From: Azolla caroliniana
Lineage: Eukaryota; Plantae; Polypodiophyta
DNA: 64,000 bases
NCBI GenBank assembly: GCA_043228905.1
Contig: JBHGNT010000012.1
Span: 682,001 to 746,000 of the forward strand
Direction: 5' to 3'
The notes beneath the pieces are model-generated. The model was not told the origin of the DNA, ran no database searches, and was given only the letters and a program-made list of their open reading frames with translations. Below, piece by piece: positions 1-14,097 of the stretch (the stretch's first letter is position 1; every line of letters begins with the position of its first letter). Both the position numbers and the translations under genes were made by a program.

Positions 1-1601
1 TTAATATACGAGGAACTCTCCTTTATTGTAGACAAGGACAAAACATACATTGCACATGATACTCTTGGCCCTTCTTAGACAATGATCAATATGCTCCACC
101 CTCACTAGAAAAAAAAACTAGTATTTGGGTGGCAATGTGACCGACACAACCATTACTTCATAAATTTAAGCTATTTCGTGGGTCATATCAAGATTGGAAA
201 TGATATATTTGGAGTTCTATGATAGAATTCAATCAAATTATTTGTATTGGATTCTTTGGCACACTTGGTTATATCATATAGGTTAATAACATACATGCCT
301 TTCTTTGGGTCCCTTCTTCTCTCATTGCATTTAATCTTCTTGCTCTTAGACAAGGTTTACACTTTGGAGCTCAAACGTTATTAGTCTTTTAGCCCGTTGT
401 ATCCGCTCAAGAGTGTTTTTTTGCCAATAATGAATGCACAATAGCTCCATCGATTTCAATAGATCAAGTTCCGCAAATTCCTCATAACCTCCACTCTCAT
501 GAAAAATTGATACTGATGATGCAATTTGGTTAATTACACCCTTTGGGAACTTAGACAAGCAAACCATGCTATGCGCACAAGGAAAATGGCATGGTTAAAA
601 AGAAAAGCAAACCTTTGTTTGCACATGACAAGGATGGTATGGTTGACTCTCCAAAAACATTATTGAAAGCATGTGTATGTTCACCACTTGAAGCATAGTA
701 TTCTCGATAAGTAAGTTAACTACTTTTGTGAGGAAAACCTTTTATTAATAATGAGAAATTGGAATAATGTCTAAACAACCACCCAAGCTAATTGTGCTAG
801 TGTGATAGACACGCTTTTACTCTCTCGGTGCGTAACAAGCCTTACAACTTGAAGTCTAGGGGTCAAGTTTCACACATCTTTGCTCTTTCAATGATGATGA
901 TTTCAAGTTTGAATATCGACCTCAATTTTTCTCTTATAAAATCAATCAAAAAGAGAACTAATCCCCCCCCCCCCCCCCCCCCCTCCTCTTATTGTATATA
1001 CATATATATAGATAGATAGACACTCACATACATTATAGTTGTTTGACAAACTTGTCATGTTAAATAAATTTTGAAGCATGAATTGAAAGTGATAATGTGT
1101 GCCAATGGGTCCACAACTCAGATGGGTGTGTCAATAATTTAGAGACAATGACATTGTTAGGTTGATAAACCGACCGATGTGGCATGTAGTTTAAGAGAAG
1201 TGATAAATGCGTCTTAGACTCATGTGGCACAAACTTGAGGAGGGAGCGAAATGTGGTGTAGCGGGGATGTACTCCGAAAGTAAAGATTTGAACCCACGAC
1301 ATTGCGTCGATAGTCTACTGTCTAGGTACAAGGGGAGGGGAGAAAAACAAAAACCGAGCATGTGAACGTCGTCTCAAAGTATACAAGTTGGATAGGCAAA
1401 CAAGTAATGATTTCATCATGATTGTAGACCCCTCCACCCCTAGGAAAGGAAGAAGAAGCCTTTCCCTTCTCCCCTTTAAATGCCAAAGCTCTAATGAACT
1501 AATGAATCCTAAACCTCAACACCTATAACTTCCTTCCTTCCACTTCTTTCTAATACACAAGAAGAAGAAGGAGAAGGAGAAGGAGAAGAAGAAGAAGATC
1601 A

Positions 1602-4152
1602 ATGGGCATCCTTTCCATACTTCTTGTTTCCTCTCTTTCCTACATTGCATTATTTGCCTTCTTCTTCTCTCTTCCTTGCTTGGTTGTGGTCTCTAGGCCT
1701 CTAGAGAAAGAAGGCACTACAAACCAAGTGCAACACAATGGAGAGCTTGGTGGGCAATTAAGGTAAACACTTTTCATATGCTCTGTACAATGATTCTTAG
1801 GTACTCACATGCAGATTAGCATAGAGATTTATTAGTGAGTAAATAAGAGGTCTTTCACATACACAAACATCAGTTGCCTACCATTCATTGCTTGTGCATT
1901 TGTCTCTCTACCCAAGGGTCCCCTACCCACCCTTTCACATATGTATATTGCTCAATGGTGTCCCTCTACCTACCTAAGAGCTCTTTCACATGCTCCAATT
2001 TCAATGGTGTAGGAACGGCTCGAGTGTGGGACCGATGAGACGGGAGCTCGATGACGGTTACACTTCATCGTGTGCGACCGGGAACCCGATTGATGACTGT
2101 TGGCGGTGCGATCCCGACTGGGCATCTAACCGGAAGCGCCTGGCCGATTGCGCGATCGGGTTCGGTCGGGATGCGGTCGGTGGGCGTGATGGCGAATTCT
2201 ATGTAGTCACCGATGACTCCGATGAAGATGCGGTGAACCCTAAGCCGGGCACCCTCCGGCATGCCGTCATCCAATCCGAACCCCTCTGGATCATCTTCGA
2301 CCGAGACATGAACATCGTGCTGAAAGAGGAGCTCCTTATGAATAGCTACAAGACAATCGACGGGAGGGGGCATGAGATCCACATTGCGAATGGGCCTTGC
2401 ATTACTATCCAATATGTGAGCAATGTGATAATCCATGGTATCAATGTGCATGATTGTAAGCCGGGAGGGAATGCGATGGTTCGTGACTCGCCTACGCATT
2501 ATGGGTTCCGGACGGTTTCGGATGGAGATGGGATCTCTTTGTTTGGTGCCACGGATGTGTGGGTTGATCATGTCTCTCTTGCCAGATGCACCGACGGCCT
2601 CTTCGATGCCATCATGGGTTCGACGCGCATTACTGTCTCCAACAGTTATTTCACTCAGCATAACAAGGTAAGAGGAAAGAAAAACAAAGACCTTCTACTC
2701 CCCCAATACTATTGTTTGGATTGCACATTCTACTATCTCAATCAATGATATGTTTGTTCAATGTCTTCTATGATCTAATTCATGTGATTTGGTTAAATAA
2801 AAAAAACATATTGTATGACCTAATTCATGTGATTTGGTTAAATAAAAAACATGAAGAGACTCTCCATCCAAACATAAAGAAAGCTAGGGTCCTAGCTTTC
2901 CATCCAAACCATATGTGTCTGATAAGGCATGTGTGATGGGTTAAAGGGAGTGTGCAATAATAATATGAGAAGCGAGAATAATAAGACACATGATGGCCTA
3001 AACATAGGTGAAATTGGGTGATTAGAAAGCTGTGATTTAACTAAGTTCCTTATAATAATGATCCTAATGACTTTCTTACATGAATTGGGTTGGGTTGGCT
3101 CAGGTGATGCTTCTTAGCCATAGTGATGACTATGTGGCAGACAAGAACATGCAAGCAACCATTGCATTCAATCACTTTGGAGAAGGTCTTGTTCAAAGGA
3201 TGCCAAGGTATATACATATTTATAAATTAGTTGAGAGGTTCAAATCACTGGACCAACATAGCAATAGGTTTTATATAAGTTATTCAAGTTTATTAAGGAA
3301 CCAATTACTCCCAATAATGACTTCCTAACTCGTCTCACTATCCATTGTTGTCATTTTTTGCCACCATTTTATCGGGGCAGATGTCGCCATGGGTTCTTCG
3401 AGATTGTGAATAATGACTACACTCATTGGGAGATGTATGCCATCGGTGGAAGTGCCGAACCCACCATAAATAGCAAAGGAAACCGATATACTGCCCCGGG
3501 GAACCCCTTTGCCAAAGATGTAAGCAATTTACTCTACTTTCTCATCTTGCATTTCACTATGAGTTTTGCTCATTTTCCGGAAAATGCGAAAGACCTAGAG
3601 TAGGCCAATGCGAAGGTGGATTTTGACACTTATGTTAGGACATATAAGTTTGTTTGTTTGTTTTCTTTTCCCAAAAAAGTTAGGACATATAAGTTAATGC
3701 ATCAAGGGAGATTTGAGTCTTGTTGTTGTGTCGTCCCCATACTAGATAGAGCCCCCTACATGAGAATTATAGGCTATACATGTGAAGAAAATTCATTGTG
3801 ATATAATAAGCTTGTGCTTGCCATACATAATTTTACAAGCTCTACAATTCGATATATTGTTTGTCGACAACATTTTGAATCGGTGTCTTATTGTGTACGA
3901 GACAATAATTTGAACCATCCCATCATACAGGTGACAATGCGCATGGACACAGCTGAGAGCAAATGGACCTCATGGGATTGGCGTTCTGAAGGGGACCTAT
4001 TTCTAAACGGTGCATACTTTGTTCCATCTGGAGGAGGGGCTTTATCAAACTACGAAAAATCCGCTACTTTGGGGCCGAAACCATCAGCCCTTGTTGGCAC
4101 GATGACCGCAAATGCAGGAGCATTGAAATGTGTGGCGAATAATGCATGTTGA
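1602..4152 (+). CDS. Pectate lyase (PL1 family), secreted; 5 exons: 1602-1762, 2013-2667, 3104-3207, 3381-3519, 3931-4152
   Basis: Hydrophobic signal peptide ([31 protein letters not shown]). Plant PL1 motifs [86 protein letters not shown] introns with consistent phases. Confidence 0.96.
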
Positions 4153-6199
4153 TTGAAGCACGTAAGCTTAGCAATTATTCATGCCATTGATAAGTGCTAA
4201 AAGGAGCCCTCCCTTAATATTCCCATTTTCAACTCAATTGTACCTTAATCTTTGTTGTGCTATACATACATATATAAACATATATTAGTAAGCAAGTGCC
4301 AAATTCAAGGCCCTTTACTATGCTTCCTCAACTATTTTTTCACACCTATTAGCTTCAACAATTGCTTCATATAGTGTGTATACTATTGCAAAAACCAAAC
4401 AAGTTCTTTTAGCTTGGATTTACTTCAGCCCTTGCACTTATTAGCATCAACCATTGCTTTTAGTGTATTGTGCATATGATCGAAACATTTCCTCTCAAAT
4501 CTTGGATTAAAATAAACTAAGAAATTGAGGTTACATGCAATTCCTCAACCTTGGCATTGTTCTATGCAATATTGTTTTTGAAGTAATAATATTCATTGAT
4601 ATTGTATACGGTTCTTTTATTTGCCACGTAGCATTACTCTTTCACCACCTCCTTACATGTACATCTAACTTTCCTACACATTAAATTGAGTTATGCGTGA
4701 CCATGTGAAATGTATATAGGCAACCAACCTCAAACTTTTGTATATTAAATGAAAAGAGTGACTTGAAATCGACATAAACTATGTTTCTAGCACAAGGTTT
4801 TGATTGACATTTGATGACTTATACCCTTGCTTGATTAAAAATACCAAACAATGATAAAGGTACAAAACAAAAATATTTCGAAGTATGGCATTTTGTTATG
4901 AAATAAAAGACTCGTTGCCAAAGTGTTCCTCAATTAATATGCAACAACAACTACCTATTGCACATAGATTATTGAGTCCAATTCCTATTGAACATGATGT
5001 TAGAAGTGCATAAACATTTTGAAGGGAATCTTGTTGTTATAGAAGAAGAAGAAAAAAATGTGATGGTGATGTCACACTCAATGGATTGGAGTTATACTTG
5101 GGGCACACCTCTAACAAGATGCATGTTCACATCAAATTCAAAGAGAAAACGATGAAGCTGGTGTGGATTGGACACAAAATATAAAGAACCTGAAATAAAG
5201 GCAATAACCACAATATATGGATGGGCTTGTTAAGACTACGTAATAATAGTTTTCTTTAGGTCCCTCAATGAAGACCGGCCTACAAGAATTTGAACTACTT
5301 TCACTTTATACTAGTATCCTTTTGCTATCTATGGTATATATTAGGTATGCTAACTTTTTGACAATAATCTCACTTTCCATATTATTTACAATCTAAATGT
5401 TTGTTTCATCATATCATTTATTATGTTGGGCATAGCCAATAAGGCCATGTGCATAGGTAACGGGTAAACCACATGTCAATTTTATTATAGGCCCCGTAGA
5501 GCTTCATTATTAGCACGCAAAGACAAGGACCAATGAGTTTTGGAATGCATTCATATAAACCAAACATCATATGGGGGGGAGGGGAGGGGGATTATTGGGC
5601 AAGCTTGTGCTTTCCAAAAGAAAGAATTCCTCTAGGGCACCTCCATATTCATGTTTGTGTTAAGAGAGAGGGAGAGTAAATGAAGAATGGTATTGAGAGA
5701 TTAAGGGTGCCCCAACATGACATCTTATATGGCTCTTATCTTTTGCCATGTGGGTGAATACTTACCCCATGCATTGAGATATGAGCACACTTGCGATGCA
5801 AATTTTTCTTCGAAAGGAACAACAACGGGTTTTTACTGACCACAAACAAAGGAATTTTTGTTTTGCATTTACCATGGCTAGATCCTTATTCCAGGATTTA
5901 CCCTATCTCTAATCTTTTTTCCAAATGTCAAGATGCGAAGTTACATACAACAATGATTTTAAAATAAAAATATGATCATACAAAGGCAACCAAGACATCC
6001 ATGAACTTGGGTGCAAATTTCATAGAGCATTTCAAAAATTTGTATCAAACTTCATCTAGATTCACCTAAAAAGTTCAAAATAAGTAGTATGAAACATCAA
6101 AAACTATAATATTGAGGTGTAACCATCTCACTTCTAAGCCAAATATAAACGACATATAATTTCAAAGCTTCCTATGGGTTTGCATTTCTTTGCATTCTT

Positions 6200-6593
6200 T
6201 ATTTTTTTCCAAAAAAAAACTCCTTCCATTAGTTATAAAATTTTACAAATGAGACGATTATGTACAAATCCCTGTAGGGACGGGATAGTTCCATCTTATG
6301 TGGATGCCCATTGAGTCAAGAAAGGGAGAGGAGGACTATTGTTGGATGAAGGCTATTCGTTGTCTTTTAACTCCATCGGAGCCGCCCTTGAGGCCATCAT
6401 ATTGGCTCTTTAGAGTGGCTACAATTTCAATCCATATCTCTTGCAGTAGCCTTGTTGGATGCGTGGTTTGGTTGGAGAAGACTCGTCTACACCGTTGTTT
6501 CCATAGAATCCAAAGAGTTATTGGGCTGACCAATTCCAACAGAGCTTGAGATTTGTCATTAAGAGGAGTTGAGTGGATGTTGCCGTTGGTGGA
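6200..6593 (-). mobile_element. 5'-truncated L1-like LINE copy (family A) with 17-bp TSD
   Basis: Minus-strand peptide ITLWILWKQRCRRVF resembles the W-x-I-W-x-x-R-N-x-x-V-F motif of plant L1 ORF2 C-termini. A-rich 3' tail. Direct repeat CATTTCTTTGCATTCTT at 6183-6199 and 6594-6610. Confidence 0.8.
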
Positions 6594-6731
6594 CATTTCT
6601 TTGCATTCTTGAGACAAAGATTCAAAGCACATGAGAAATGTTCAAATTTTTTACTTTGGAAACCATCTCTTTTGCATTTTTTTACACCAAAATTCAGGTT
6701 TCCCAATGCCAACCATGAACAAATTATTGAT

Positions 6732-7087
6732 GTCTTTTTTTTCCAAAAAACAAAATTCCTTCCATTAGTTATAAAATTTTATAATTGAGAATGGTATGTA
6801 CAAATACTAGAAGGGACTCGATAATTCCATCGCATGTGGAGGCCCACTGACCATTGTTGAATGAAGGTTAATCGTTGTCTTTTGGCTCCATCAGATCCAC
6901 CCATGATGCCATCATATTGGCTCTTTAGTGTGGCTACAACATCATTCCATATCTCCTGCAATAACGTCGCTTGGTGCACGGTTTGGGTGGAGAAAACCCG
7001 CCTACAATGTTGTTTCTAGAGGGTTCATATTGTTATTGAGCTGACCCATTCCAACACAATTGATGGGAATTGAATGAATATTGTCAG
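6732..7087 (-). mobile_element. 5'-truncated L1-like LINE copy (family A) with 16-bp TSD
   Basis: Same 3' end (ttttttccaaaaaa...ccttccattagttata) and same ATLKSQYDG peptide as the 6200 copy. Direct repeat TGAACAAATTATTGAT at 6716-6731 and 7088-7103. Confidence 0.8.
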
Positions 7088-7698
7088 TGAACAAATTATT
7101 GATCTCTAGTTTTTTTTTTCCTTGAAAATATATCCTCCAATTGATCTCTTGTTTATTCAGTTTTCAAAGAAAGAATAATGTTTCTTAGAATGAATCACTT
7201 TAAAATAGGTAAGAGTATTTGTGCCTACCACAATTAATAGTTTCAACATGTGTTTGTGACTATTAACAACTTCTCGCAAGGAATGAATTTCATGAGCCCA
7301 ATTATAGGACCCAAATATTCAATAAAGATATCTTGCATAAAAGTTCACATTATACATTTTATAATATTGCACAATGTAGGTTAGTTTAGGGGAAACCTTT
7401 TAGAGGATTAACTATAGATTGAAGCTTGAAGGTCTCTTATATAGCTTAGGTTAGGGGAAAACTCGTAGAATATACTCGAGCTTTTCTTTCCCACTTGAAA
7501 TAATTTAAAGTTCTTGATATTTTCTCAAATACCCTTGGTCAACCTTCAAAAAAGCAATTATGTATATGGTGAAGTCATCTCTTTTTCTATATTCTAGGGG
7601 GAGTAGAAGAAAGGTGTTAGGGAAAATAAGGTAAACATAGGGACATTTGGAGAAATAAAGATAAAAATGGGACGTTTTTAGAGTTTCCCCTCAATGTA

Positions 7699-7741
7699 TT
7701 TGTTTTTTTTTCCCAAAAAAAACTACTTCCATTAGTTAAGG
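7699..7741 (-). mobile_element. Extremely truncated (~40 bp) family A LINE tail
   Basis: ttttttttcccaaaaaaaactacttccattagtta, flanked by CAATGTA at 7692-7698 and 7742-7748. Confidence 0.55.
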
Positions 7742-9685
7742 CAATGTAGATAGGATAATATACAATTCATATCTTACAAGCCAACTTGCATGTCAAAAAG
7801 AAAACAACATGTGTAAAGGAAACAACAACAAAAAACTCCAAAACACCACATCATTCGATGAGCATAGCATTACTCGACCGCATACCCTCCACGAGAGCCT
7901 CATACAACCCGAATTCAGCATGGACATCCTCCCCTCAATGTATTATTATAAGTGTTATTTGTATTAATAGTATCGTGAATATGAGGTTTAAAATGTTATG
8001 ATTAAATATAAAATGCGAAGAGGGTGTATAAAAATATACATCCACCATGGAATCCAACCTTTTCTATGTATACCAAAGATAAAATTGTATGTTATTTTTA
8101 CCCAATTGAGTTTAGTATCCTCCCAAATAGATATACATAAGCATACACTTTTCCAACTAGGAAACGACAAGCTCGCTGGGTTACACTCTCTCTCGGGACC
8201 CTCCTCCAACTTTTGTTCTCACCTCCTCTCCTAAAAATTGCCTCATTTTGATTTCAAGATCATGACAGTAAGTGCAAGAGGTGGTTAATTTGTTGTTAAG
8301 GGAATAGTGTTATATTCTTTGCCCTTAATATCTATACGAGGTGTAATATTTTCACTCTAGTAACTATCTATTTAATTAAGATAAACATATATCTAATTGG
8401 TATAGTGAGTATGTGTGTGTTTGTAGTTCAAATGAAGGGAGCCCTCGATGTTTCGAAAGTTCATAGTGTAAAGAAGTGTTTTTCATGTGTTGAAGTATGA
8501 TTTGTGGTTCTCATCATTGGGGAGTGACAACCTCAATACCTCACTCAACTCAACATGAGGAAGACAACCCCTCGGAACTCGATAATGACCCAATTAAGAA
8601 ATATGTTTTTTTGATTGAATCGATAATTGAGAGATGAGGTACATATGAGGTTACCTAATTAAATTGTTAATTGTTATGTAAAACACATGTATATTTCAAT
8701 AAATTAAAGGAGGAAAGTGACACGGAAGAAAGTGGCTCATAGTAAATGTAAAGAAGAGAGAATGAAGAACAAAATGTAGCTAAGTTGGGGTATTGAAAAT
8801 GCCTCTTTTACATCAGAACTATTGGCCTTTTGTACAAATTATAAACTTTAATGGGTCACATCTCACATTGCAAGCACTTATGGAATTAAACATTGGCATC
8901 TAATCATGTGTATTCCCCACAAATTACAATATGAGCTACAACATTTGGTGTATGGCCAATATTTGAGATTGCTAATATTACGCCTCATACAAATATTAAC
9001 ACCTAGATAATATGACACTATTTCCCTTAGCATCTACTTGCATTAAAAGCCATAAAGGTGAGGAGATGTGGTTGGCCACATCAATCACTTCCTTATTGGT
9101 ATTCCAATGTGTAAGGTTTGTATAGTAGATATTGAAAATTTTATATTATAGTTATTATCGATCAAATTGGATGTAATATCATCAATGATGCATGATCCAA
9201 AGTCTATCCGGAGCAATTGAAGTAGTATTGCCACAAACCATCTCTTAAACCATTTGTATGTGACATGTGCCCAATTATAACTTAAAAGCGGGAAATTTCC
9301 CTTTACTCTATCTTTTCTTTTCTTTTTGTTAGCTTTCCAAGGTAGGATTAGTGGGCAAAGTGCCTCAACGTCCTTTACTTTGGACGATTGTTAGTGGCCT
9401 CTCATCAATTCTTTTGGTTCTATGGGTCTTTTTTACCCCATTTCAAGAGCATTATATGGTATGGTATGGTCACATCGACCCCAAGGTGACTTCATAGAAA
9501 TAACCTTTGTAGCTCCTCAAAATTATTCCATTTAGAAAGAGTATACTTCCTCTCTATACCTCCACAACAAGTAACAAGTATTTAATAACCAATGCTTTGA
9601 ATTTTTTGAGCTTTGTTTGTCATCTTTGAAGGTTATGAAGATAACATTTGGATTCAAAGTAGTGAAAGGTTGCCCAGTTGGTGTT

Positions 9686-9915
9686 TCTTTTTCCAAAAAA
9701 ACACTCCTTCCATTAGTTATACAGTTTTATAGATGAGAGTGTTATATACAAATCCATGTAGGGACGTGATAGTTCCATCTTATGTGGATGCCCACTCACT
9801 CAAGAAAAGGAGAGGACGACCATTGTTGGATGAAGGCTAGTCATTGTCTTTCAAGTCCATCGGATCCGCCATTGAGGCCATCATATTGGCTCTTTAGAGT
9901 GACTACAACTTCACT
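9686..9915 (-). mobile_element. 5'-truncated family A LINE copy
   Basis: Colinear with 6200-6430. Degenerate flanking repeat ccagttggtgtt / ccaactggtgtt. Confidence 0.75.
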
Positions 9916-10107
9916 CCAACTGGTGTTCAACTAATATTCCATGCATGTGTCTCAATTATTGAAAAGATCTTGCAAATTCGAGGACCTTGCCCTTGAAGGT
10001 GAGCTATAGCAAAATGTGTGGTTGCTTGGTCTTGATTATTATTGTTTAAGGTTGTCTTGCCTACATTTGATAATAGGGTGCTACCTAAATAAAACTCCCT
10101 AACAATG

Positions 10108-10114
10108 TGAAGCA

Positions 10115-10150
<36 letters not shown>
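10108..10150. repeat. (CT)n microsatellite
   Basis: Perfect dinucleotide run. Confidence 0.95.
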
Positions 10151-10174
<24 letters not shown>

Positions 10175-10799
10175 ATTTAAATACATATGACTTGTGGAGA
10201 CAAAGTAAAACATACTTCCCTAGTACATGTGAAATTGGGAAATTTCAAGAATTTTACTAATAAGTGTTGCAATCAAGAGTGAACATTGTGATTGTGAGGA
10301 ATATGGACAAGGACTTGACCACATTGACCACGTTTGGAAACCAAATTTGAATGCAACACATTGCATCAAAATATGTGTAGTTGATGAGTCTCCTCACCTC
10401 TGTCCCACCAAAAGGGTGCATAATACAAATTAGAGAATTAGAAAAGAGAAAGAAAGAGAATTATTTGCCAAATTGATAGAGTACATCTCCTTGTTGGAGA
10501 CTTAGGGAGGTTTTGTAGAGAGAATTTAGCAGTGGCCAACTCCTCTTCTCATAAAAAGATGTTAGATGCGCTAGGGATTTGTCGGCTTGTGAGCACCGTT
10601 TTCGCAATTTGCATTTCGTAGTTATCTTATATGACATTATAGATATATTACAATGTATCCAGAGATGAGGGATGTGTGAAGTAATGGGATCATTGATGGG
10701 TTTTATGGTGGATCTACATGATATTTCATTCATGTCAATTGTTCTCCATTTCGTAAGTAATACATTACTATTTGCAAAAAGACTAGAAAGAGAAATTGT

Positions 10800-11889
10800 G
10801 AATGTTGGAAAAAAGAGGGTGGTTATTTGCAAATGGTATAGACATTAATAACCTACCTCCTTGTAAGTACAACCATGTGACTGATCAAACTTTAATCTCT
10901 CATGAAGATCGTAATAAAGTAATACGCCAAGAAATATGGCAAATTTACATCCGATTTAAATGGATCACCCCACGAGAGCCACTTCCATCTAAAATGTGGT
11001 TCTATAAGGAACACTTCTTGCCCTTCTCTAAGTTAGGTTTTATTACACGACCAAAATATCTAGATACATTCTTATCAAATGCACTAAGGGTGGACATTGG
11101 ACAACTTAGGATGTCCTCTCACCAGCTTGAGATTCAGAATGGTCGTGCTAATAGAGTTCCTAGAGAGGAAAGGCTATGTAGGTTATGTCACATAGAGATA
11201 GAGGATGAGTATCACTTTACATGCAAGTGTCCAACTTATACCAAGATAAGGGTGAAATACCAAGACCTACTAGGACCCTCTCCCACCCTCTCTGGACTAT
11301 TAGATACCCCAGATATAAAGAGACTAGGTAGGTATATCTTACAGCTAAAACAACATAGGGAGAATAAATACAAAGTGTTAACCATAACCCTTTTAGAATT
11401 CACCCTCATGTAACTAATGTAATTTTTCAGGAACAAGGGGAGACGATGAATGTGGACACACCTACACCACTCGGCCTCTCTATTGATGACACAAAAATGC
11501 AAAGAACAACCAAACGCCCTCAGATGTTGGGCTTCAAAGTTCCTCGACATGGAATAGAAACGATTAAGAAGATAAGGGAACGTGATCTACGCCGCCTAGA
11601 AGCTATGGTTGGGGTACCTTTTACATTGGGACCACAAGCCACATCCACATCACAACCCTTTGACCTCCCGCTTCTTTTCAAGAGACTTGGATGGAAATGA
11701 AACTCGGCCTAGTATAAAGCCATTTCCTTATGGAACATGTTTTTTTACTATAATTGTTTAGCTTAAGCTCTATTTTATTTTATTTTTACTTTCGATGAAT
11801 GGGTAAATACCCCATTTTTGTTGTAAACCAATTGTCTAATGGGCCAAATTTGGTCTTAGAAGATGTTAATATATCTTTCTTTCTTTCTT
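10800..11889 (+). mobile_element. 3' fragment of a non-LTR retrotransposon (family B, RTEX/L2-like ORF2 C-terminal CCHC region) with (TTTC)n tail
   Basis: ORF 10802-11413 contains LRMSSHQLEIQNGR...REERLCRLCHIEIEDEYHFTCKCPTY. The 3' end GAAGATGTTAATATATCTTTCTTTCTTTC is shared with copies in the dynein introns. Confidence 0.75.
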
Positions 11890-14097
11890 AACTATTATTT
11901 TTATATGTATGCAACAGAAATACGAGTAGAAATAGAAATATGAGGGGTATTTTTATTATTTGTGAGCTTCATTTTCCTTCGCCTACGTATATATAAATTA
12001 TAATATATACATTTGAAATACGAGGCTACAGAAATATGGGTAGAAATACGACGGGTATATAATGAAAAAAACATTATAGGCTAAAGTATGAGGGAGGTAC
12101 AAATATACGAGGCTAGAGAAATACGGGTAGAATACGAGGGGTATATAATGAAAGATAATTATAGGCACAACTACAAGTACGAGGGGGGTATAATGGAAAA
12201 ATGAGGGGCATCGATAGAAATAGGAGCAAGGGGGTTAAAATAGGAATATGAGACGTATTTTTAGATTTTTTGAACTTCATTTTCCTTCATGTATAAAAAT
12301 GTATATACGTACTTACATACATATATGTAAAGAAATGGATATGATTCTTGTGAAGCGGAAGAGATGTGAGTTATGTGTGTATATGAGAGAGAGAGTGAGT
12401 GAGAGAGACAAGGAGTAAGACACAGAGAATACGCAAGGTAAAGTATATTAACAAAGGAGAAAGACTCAACACTATACAAGGTGGGAGGAGGGTGCTTTAT
12501 ATAGTCACCCTCTCTCTTCATTAACTACAAGACTCATGGAACATGGGGAATGTGAAAGCTCATAAGTTATGTGTCATAGAATATGATTCTATGACTCATA
12601 CTAAATGCTAGAATACAAAGAGGTGACATAATGGTGACTCTTGACCGTTGGAGTGTCTATTCACTCTCAAGGTGAGTTCACACACTAGACCAAGTTGAGC
12701 TTGATTCTCAACACGCCCCCTCAAGCTCAAGTCAGGTCGGTTTCAAACGGTATCCGAAATCCACTTCGACTCACGTTCCAGAGTCTGCATCAACTCGCAT
12801 TTATGCGGAGTTGCGGAATCCGTGCTCCAGCTTGCGTTGTGCGTAGTTGCGAGGTCTGTGCTTCGGCTTGCGGCTTTCTTCGCGGCTTTGCGCGGTAGTT
12901 CGGCTCTTCGCGGCTTTGTTGCGCGGTTGCGGAATCCACGCGTTATTGCGTAATGTCTTCAGTACTCCCCCTCAAGCTTGGCAAGCCAGGGATCGTCAAT
13001 CCGAGATCGGTCATGAATTGCCATAGCTTGTCAACTCCTAAGGCTTTAGTGAAGATGTCGGCCATTTGAAGATTTGTGCTAATGTGTTGTAGGTCGACAT
13101 TGCCAGCTAGAACGCGCTCTCGGATGAAGTGATAGTGCACTTCGATGTGCTTTGTCCGCGCGTGGAACACCGAGTTCCGAGCTAGATAGATATTACTCAT
13201 GTTGTCGCAGTAAAGCGAAGTCGGATCCTTGATGGGTACGCCCAGATCCTTGAGTATCCTTTTGAGCCATACGACTTCACATGCGGCCACTGTCACGCTT
13301 CTATATTCCACCTCTATGCTCGAAAGAGTGACGGTTGGTTGCTTTTTGGTTCTCTAGGATATTGCTCTGCTGCCGAGGGAGAAAACAAATACGGAGGTTG
13401 ATCTTCTATCGGCTTTGTAGCCGGCCCAATCAGCGTTTGTGTACCCCTCGAGTCGTATTGGCATCACGATCTTGTAGAGGATGCCGCAATCCATTATGCC
13501 GCTCACGTATCTTAGAACTCGCTTAGCGCAATCCAAGTGAGTATCACGCGGTGTTTGCATGAATTGGCTAAGGAGACCGACTGGATAATTGAGATCGGGT
13601 CGAGTGATCGTGAGGTAGATGAGACTCCCGATGAGTTGCCGATACTGAATTGGCTCACACGCTTTGGTGCCGGAGTTCGCATCTCGTTTGAGATTGTGAT
13701 CGAGCGGGGTTGCCGCGTATTTGCACTCAGCCATCCCGAACTTGTATAACAAGTTGAGGATGTAGTGTCGTTGAGAGATCATGATTCCAGCTGGAGTCTG
13801 AATTACCTCGATGCCAAGGAAGTAGTGGAGCTCCTTCATGTCCGTCATCTCAAACTTCTCGGAAAGGAGGGATTTGACCTTATTGATTTCGAGGAGATGC
13901 TCATCTCCAATGACTAGGTCATCCACATTTAAGATGATGACGATCGGACTTGTAGAATCGCTTCGTATGTAGAGGGAGTTGTTTGATTTTGACATACGGA
14001 AGCCGATTTGATGAAGATATTGCGTTATCTTCGAATGCCAAGCACGCGGTACTTGCTTGAGGCCGTAGAGTGGCTTCTTGAGTCGGCATACAACACT

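Noticed and set aside
2065-2661. 198-aa antisense ORF over the pectate lyase exon
   Set aside because: Shadow ORF of a GC-rich coding exon.
7453-7691. Possible MITE bounded by AGGGGAAAACTC / GAGTTTCCCCT
   Set aside because: Only about 11 bp of imperfect inverted match and no TSD.
11915-12300. Degenerate AGAAATACGAG/GGGTATATAATG repeats
   Set aside because: Low-complexity decayed repeats; no element boundaries or function could be supported.
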